A stretch of DNA of 64,000 nt, taken from Takakia lepidozioides. Its lineage: Eukaryota; Plantae; Bryophyta. A program made the translations under genes and the position numbers. Below the pieces are notes generated by a model. The model saw nothing but the letters and a program-made list of their open reading frames with translations, was not told the DNA's origin and ran no database searches. Of this stretch, positions 57,209-64,000 are shown piece by piece. Location: positions 16,058,001 to 16,122,000 of the forward strand of contig CM060731.1 of NCBI GenBank assembly GCA_030704615.1. Direction: 5' to 3'. Each line of letters starts with the position of its first letter. Position 1 is the stretch's first letter.

Positions 57209-58899
57209 TTAGAATTTATCATCCCCCTTCCATGATGAACCCCAAAAGGGTTGTAGATGTGTTTTGTTACTCCCGGGAAGCAGCATTCCAGGAGATTTGT
57301 ATTGTGCACAGGGGATGTGACCAGAATCAATTTGGGAATGGATGTTGTTTGGGCAAAAATCAAATTGCCAGCGGCCACTGCTTGCTTGACTTGCGTCATT
57401 TACAGTTATATTCAAACATTCGATATGTACTTGGAAGTTGTTCATTTGCTGGAGTGCTTTGATGTCAGTTGGCCTGAGGGTTTACCTATTTTCTGGAGCT
57501 CATATCTTTCTTATGGTAAAAGTGAGGCACTGATGTGGTAAAGACTTTTGGATGAAGGAGGTAAAGTTTTTCAAGATCGGGGACCCAAACATTTATATCA
57601 ACATTTTGACTATTCGATCATCTTGAGGCACAGGAAGAACAGAAATTCCAAAGTCTGAAGTCCATCTTAGCTTTGAACTCCTTAGTTGCAAGTGCAAGTA
57701 GTCTTCTTAGCTCTTGCTCCCTGCTGGAGAGCCTTGTCATGCTTAGCTGGTCAACTTTTTGTTTCCAGCATATCCCTGTATCTGCTCTTTACCCTTTTTT
57801 CCCGTTCTTTAGTGTCTGTTCTGCTTTAGTTTCCCACTTACGTGTGGGGTCACTGCACGACCCTGGGGTGGACATAGTTCTGCACGCCTCATGGTACCTA
57901 ACAATGGAAACTGTCCTTGTTTTTAAAATGCAATTTCAGTGCTTCTCCTCCAGTTGCTACCCATCATAGATTTCACCAATTTTTTTTGTTAATGTTTTTG
58001 GAAAACTGAAGCCAATTCCATGAAAAAGAGGGATTTTGTTTTCATTGAAACATCCACTGCCAATAGTGGCTCAGTAGCCTGTTAGGGCCTGTAGTACGAG
58101 GCCCTCTTACCATTGGGTTTACAGCCACATAAGTGTAGGAAGAAAGAAAGTTTACTACTCCCAAAGGAAGCCTTCCATAGTATGAAGATGTACATTATAA
58201 GGCACCAAAAACACCCAACCACTTGGCTTCCTACTCCAGTGCCACATAGGTGTATATTGGATGTCACCCATTATAACCGACCAAGGTATGAAAGGGGAGT
58301 CATTGGATCACACAAATAGCGTGTGGGTACTTTGGAGGATTTTTCTGAGTCCTTGTGTGGGAGATGTTTCTACGGTTATGACCATTAAAGATGTCTATTT
58401 TAGAAGGCACTGGCTCTTCGAGGTGGAGGTTGGGTGATTTTGCTTTGTCTCTGCATGACCTAGGTTATCTAGGGTTCCAAAGAGTCCACCTTCCAATGCA
58501 AGGCAATAATCCTTCAGGATGAAGAGACACTATAATTTATGCTTCTTTCCTTTAGCTAGCTTGTTCATTCCTCACAACAACCTACCCAAATAGCAACCAC
58601 CCTATTCCTACAAACCATCCAGGAGTCTTTACATTGGCTACATTTGATCCATAAACAGTTTTCTATAATTCTCCCCCACCTTTGCCGCTGTACATGACAT
58701 ACCCTGAACCATCACTAAATAGCTAACCTCATGTGCGTCCATCATTCAAATGATCCACATATGCCCACCACATTCTTTATAACAGTTACATGAAATAATA
58801 CAATGTCTAAATGGATCTACAGCCACTGTTTATGCACCACCCCTCATTCTCCCTCACTACCCTAGAGTCAGCCCAGACAAGCCTTGTAAGACAGCTCTC

Positions 58900-59280
58900 A
58901 AAAAGACCACTTTGAGCTGCATCTCACCCATTATATATATTATCAAGTCCAATCACTCTTATAAATTTAACCCACTACAATCCACCTATACAGATGGATC
59001 CCTAAAAGACACACATGTACTTAGGTTATGGCACCTATACAACACTGCGCCTTGCAATCCCTCCTACACCAAACCCCCGCCACCTATTATATTTTTACAG
59101 ATAGCTTAGTTTCTCTATACTTACTCATAAACCACAACCAAAAACCCTCTTCACAAACACCGTCCTCGGACTTCAATCTCATAATAGCAACCGTTCGTAT
59201 TATATCCTATACATAAAGTCGTTCCCATATCGATATCACAAGCACTGACATAGCAGATCAACTTGGAGCCATACAACCCA
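58900..59280 (+). mobile_element. RNase H domain relic of a non-LTR retrotransposon
   Basis: Ordered motifs across frameshifts: YTDGS, IFTDSLVSLYLL and RSHIDITSTDIADQL (compare H.GI.GNE.AD.LA). Confidence 0.65.
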
Positions 59281-60293
59281 TTACACATCCCTCAAACGCC
59301 CCAATCCATACAACGCACACTCACCTTTTCTGGCTATCATCTACTAAAAGCTAGACTCCAGCTCTCATCCTCAATAAACAAATAATTGAAAGTAATTGAA
59401 AAACTGAAAGTGGATAGCTAGTCACGTTGTAGGTCAGTTCCTGGTTCACAGTGAGCCCAACCCTGAAAGGGGCAGTACCTGCAATTCTTATTTACGCTAA
59501 CTTGTTGTTATATTTATGTATATACACGCTTCCTTTAGGGGTCCTCTTTCTTTCTTGCTTGCATTGGCAAGAATTAACTTTCTTTCATTCATCTTTTCAC
59601 CCTCACCTGAAAATGTTGGAACTCGTGTCTTGCAATTGACAATATTAGTGCCAGGACCATCCAGAGCTCTGTACATGTGAGATACTAAGGAAATGAGAAC
59701 CTCTAACAAAATCACAAGATTCCAAAGGTGGAACATCCGAGAGACATCCGAGGCTTGTCTCTAAGCAAAGATCTGTCAGAAATGAAACAGAGGGAGAAAA
59801 AGCTTTAGTAATCTCCTCTATAATGTCAACAATTCTAAGGAATGAAGGATTACAGTAGAATCCTGGATCAATTTACATTAAAGGTGTTGCTTATGTACTT
59901 GCCACTTGAGCTAAAGAGCACAAGCTTAACTCATTAAGCCTCTGAATGATCAGCTATCTGCGGGAAGGTTAAAGAAAATTGTTTGTTAGATGGTCTCTGT
60001 TGCCTGCCGTGTCTGTGAAAAGATCCTGGCACAATATACATGCCACAATATACATGCCGTTGCTTTTTCAATGAGAATTTGTAATGCATTGATCTAGTCT
60101 CATCTGATATGCCAAATAACCTTCAGGTGGTCGTATCCATCTCTACAAGAAAGCTGACCCACTGTAATTCTGTCACATGGATAGAAGGTGAAAGTCGATG
60201 AGCAATAGTAGCCCTGGTGATTACAAAGTTGGGCCCATTAGAAGATCAATAGTAACCATCAGACTTTTCTGGATTTTTTGGATGCTAATTTTG

Positions 60294-62785
60294 TCACAGT
60301 TGACCACAATCAGAGATGATGACAGGGACAGTGGGTGCCTCATCCTCAGTCAAAGTGACATTGTTAATGCGGTCCATCACCACCATGCCATCTACCACCT
60401 CACCAAATACCACATACACTCCATTCAGCTCTGCCACAATGTCCACTGTGACAAAAAATTGAGACCCGTTTTGATCAGGGCCTATGCTTGCCATGGCCAG
60501 CAGTCCTTTCTGCACACATACAACGTACAGCATTACAAACACTCTCGGCAAATTTCCATCCCTGGTAGATCCTTCTTTAGGACCTCCAAAAGACGGGAAT
60601 GGAACCTGATGATAACATACCAGTGAGTCTGACAACATCTAAAAAGTGATGCAACACGCAATTACCTTCAAAAAAATATCAATGCAGACATTTACTTTAC
60701 AAGACGTCTGACTGAGGCTCTTTGAAGAGAACCAGTGTACATTACTCAGAGAGAAACTATGACTTGGCGTGGCTTGTGATGGAGTGTTACTGAGTATCTG
60801 CAATCCCATGTTCAAGCTTCACTAAGTGGGCAATGCGGATGTCCAGCATTAGTTCTCCTTTTTGGCTCAATATAACATATCCAAAAAGAGGCAAGGTTAC
60901 GTCAATAGTGCTCACCTTGTTAAATGTGTCATTGCGCCTTTCGTGCTCAAACCCACCCCCATAAATTGACTCTATCTCTCCTTCCACCCCTTTACCCCCT
61001 GCACACAACAAGAGTGCACTCAGTTGTATAAAGAAAAAAAACCATGTAAGGATGTTGTAGCCTTTTCACCAGTCAAGCTGGCAGTTTGTCTTGATAGAAC
61101 TCCATTCTCCGAAAGCCGAAAGAAATAGTATATAAGTTTAGCAGAGTCCTCCAGCAATACCAGATTGCCAGACTCTAGCTGGAAACTAGATGGAGAGCTT
61201 CTGTTGTAGTGACAATCTACATGTCAGCTGATTTGAGGACAGTTAACAATGTTGGGGAATCGTGGCATAATTGAGCGAGCTTGTTCATTCAACTTATGTC
61301 AGAATCAGCTAATTTTCGTCATGAAATGTCCATAATAGAAGACTGGAAAACTTTTTGGTTTGATGGATCGTTGGATTTTATTCCTGACTAAACACCTTGA
61401 GTTGTCTCTAAGACTAAGACTGAGAATTCAGGAACATAGACGCACTCAAAATGTCACCACCCTGCACAAGCATATTGTGGACAACGCGATGGAATGAAGT
61501 CCCCTTGTAGTGAAGCCGTGTTCCTTTTTTTGACACACCTCTCTGTCCCGTTGCCAGTGATCTAAAGTTTTCCACAGCCTTTGGTGCCTGTACAGCGCAG
61601 TTCCCCAAAACAAAAGTTAGTAAAGCAGAAACTACAGAAGTGGAATCAAGTACTGAAGACCATTATACTTTTACTTCCACCCCAAGCCAAGCGCATTCAC
61701 AGAGTATCCCAAAACACGGCCATGCCCACACAAGAAACGTTTACACCAGCATGATTTGGAGTGAAGCTTTGGTAGAGGCACACTATCCGTCACTCTACTA
61801 CGAAGAATACACTTGAAAAGTGTTGTGGCGGAATCCACTCAATCGACAGGGGGATTGCCCTCTGATGGTATAGGTCCTAGTGACTCCTAGAGCTGTGCAG
61901 CAGCAGAATTGTGCTGATTGTTTGCGGCAATAAGGCAGTAGATAGTTGGATGAGTGAAGCGCCTAAAGCAAGATTAACACACTGCACCCCTCTGCCATCA
62001 TTAAAACCTACGCTCAGACAAATGCAATCTCACAGATAATTCAGAAATGCGTATAACGCGATCACCTGGCAATTCCAGCTTAGAGAACAATCCCAGCGAC
62101 TACAGAGACTTGGGTCTTGGGAACTTTCGAAAGTTGTGGCATCGCTGATAGGCAGACATCTCTAATTTGGCTGAGTACGTTCTGGCAGTGGCAAGACATT
62201 GATACATCGTTACCCAATTTCAAACCTGCTAAGACACAACTACAGCTGACTGAAAGGGGATTCTTTACCCCTTGTATATAGACTATTCAGGTCTATCGTC
62301 GCTACGTGATGACAACTTGCTTCCGAGAATGCAATCATCAGTTTACCTCTTTTATCTGACGTTCAATGCAGGTGTTCCCTCCTCTCATCTAACTAAAAAT
62401 CCAGGTAATCGGTATGCCAACCATGCAACGCCCCACATGACGTTATCGCCCAAACCAAAAATCTGAGCTCTTTAAACTACATTCTGCCCCAAGTCAGAGC
62501 GCCCACCTTCTTTTCATAAAGCAGAAAGACGACGCGACCGGCAGGCTTCGAGTCCAAAGTAATATCGAAATACACACAAAGGTGGCTCACACACGCCTTC
62601 ACCTGAGGAAACCTCTTCTCAAAACGCTGTTTGATAACCCGCACTGGATCCCTGCGTGCAGCTGTCATGCCAACGACATGACCATAGCTGATCATCTGGA
62701 ACAGCGCAATGACAGCCAGCAATGCTCCCATTGCAAACAAAAGATTGCGCTTTTCCTTCGTTAGCGCCATCCTATCCTCGCCCAC
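60294..62785 (-). CDS. Cyclophilin-type PPIase-domain protein with N-terminal signal/transmembrane anchor (4 exons)
   Basis: Exons 62507-62785 (hydrophobic LLFAMGALLAVIALFQMI; VYFDITLDSKPAGRVVF), 61446-61588 (APKAVENFRSLATG...FHRVVHNMLVQGGD), 60916-60999 (ESIYGGGF) and 60294-60509 (GLLAMAS.GPDQNGSQFFVT...VVFGEVVDGM...ISDCGQL*). Confidence 0.9.
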
Positions 62786-64000
62786 CCCCGTCCCCTACTC
62801 CGCATATTCCCCCACCCACTCGACCTCCTCCAGATTGTGAGATGAGCTCTCTGTGGAGGCAGAGTTATGTCGCTCTCTGCACGTTCTCGTCGTCGTCACT
62901 CTCGTGTACTACTCGCACGTAGCTCTGGCTCCCTTTAGGGCATGCATGGATGACTTCATTGTAGATGAACCACTCCCTACTCCCTACAGGGAGTACTTTC
63001 TATAGTGGGTTGTAGAATGTCCCGACTACTATAAACCCTCAAGCCTCTACTTCCTTGGGACTCAAAGTTTCCAGGTAAGTAGTTATCTCTCACACTCTTC
63101 ACCCAACTAAGGAACCATCTATATTGAATTTTCTCCTGACATGGACCCCCTATTTCCATCTGTCCCTGTTTTGTAACACCTGCACTGTCTCAATGATACA
63201 GAGCTATGGTGGAAGATGAACCATAGGTACGTAATTGGGAGAAGGAGCTGCTGAAGTGGCTGCTGAAGTGGCTGGAACCATTTATCATCTGATTCTATTG
63301 AAGTTTCGCCCTGAAGATGGTCCTTTTGAGGGTGTGAAGAGGCTGTGAAACTTAGTAGGACTCACAAGGTACAGTGTTGACACAATGTCGGACCCTGTTT
63401 TGTAACATCTGAGTGCCCAAATGAAAAAGAGCTACAGTGGAAGATGAGCCAACGAAGGACCTCCAAACACAGTTCTAACTGAGAGGGGACCTCGCTGGAT
63501 GGCGTTGCCCATGATGTTGCATGCATGAGATTTTGGGACTCATGAGGATTCTGCATTTGCTCAAGTCTCATTGTTCAAATCTCGTAAAGTCGCGGGCAAC
63601 TCTCACTCAGGATTCGCACTCTGTCTACTACTACAGCGAGGTTTTGAAATTAATTCATTCTCGCTCGAATATGAACAACATACTTACGAGCTGTACAGGC
63701 TGAACCGTGTGCACACACTCAAAACTTACAATTGAGGAGGAACACGGAGCCTATACTTCCAATTGTTAAGCTTGCGAACTTCTGTTAATATTTCAGTTAG
63801 ACTTGTACATAAAATGTCACAGATTACTTTGAAGCCTGAAGTCCTCGGCCAATGCTAGATCAACTGGTATCAGATTACCTATACGCCATTTACAACATGT
63901 TTTCCGTTTCGAAAGTTCATTGGAGGAGCAGAGCCAACCATTTAGTCATAGCTGGGCACTATGTAAACTCGAGTTGGCAACTTACGCCAGCAGATCGCTA

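Overview
Eukaryotic nuclear DNA from a non-seed land plant with flagellated sperm (moss-, lycophyte- or fern-like). This is inferred from a CFAP57 cilia gene, a PLS-DYW PPR gene and a plant-type PgiC exon structure. Five intron-containing genes are present. (1) A CFAP57/WDR65-like WD40 plus coiled-coil gene (+, ~8.2-31.6 kb) whose introns are full of retroelement debris. (2) A PLS-class PPR-E-DYW RNA-editing factor (+). (3) Cytosolic glucose-6-phosphate isomerase PgiC (-, ~22 exons). (4) An F-box/LRR/ankyrin gene (+). (5) A signal-anchored divergent cyclophilin (-). Mobile DNA includes four hAT MITEs with 8-bp TSDs, a Helitron-like element, an L1-type insertion with poly(A) and a 15-bp TSD, a non-LTR family with a 3' stem-loop and (TTTCA)n tail in about 12 copies, and Gypsy and RNase H relics. 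The most notable observation concerns the PPR-DYW ORF. It is only the last exon of a gene whose upstream exons, missed by the ORF track, splice in frame. They encode a transit-peptide-like leader and an OSB-type 'PDF' ssDNA-binding motif (FFSDPSQWWDNRFDK...HK.TNEGL.I), giving an ssDNA-binding-motif/PPR/cytidine-deaminase fusion whose N-terminal module appears to be decaying. Also notable is a 104-bp tandem array that switches into 197-bp fold-back hairpin units. All gene models were spliced by eye and homologies recognised from memory; none has been checked by a search.
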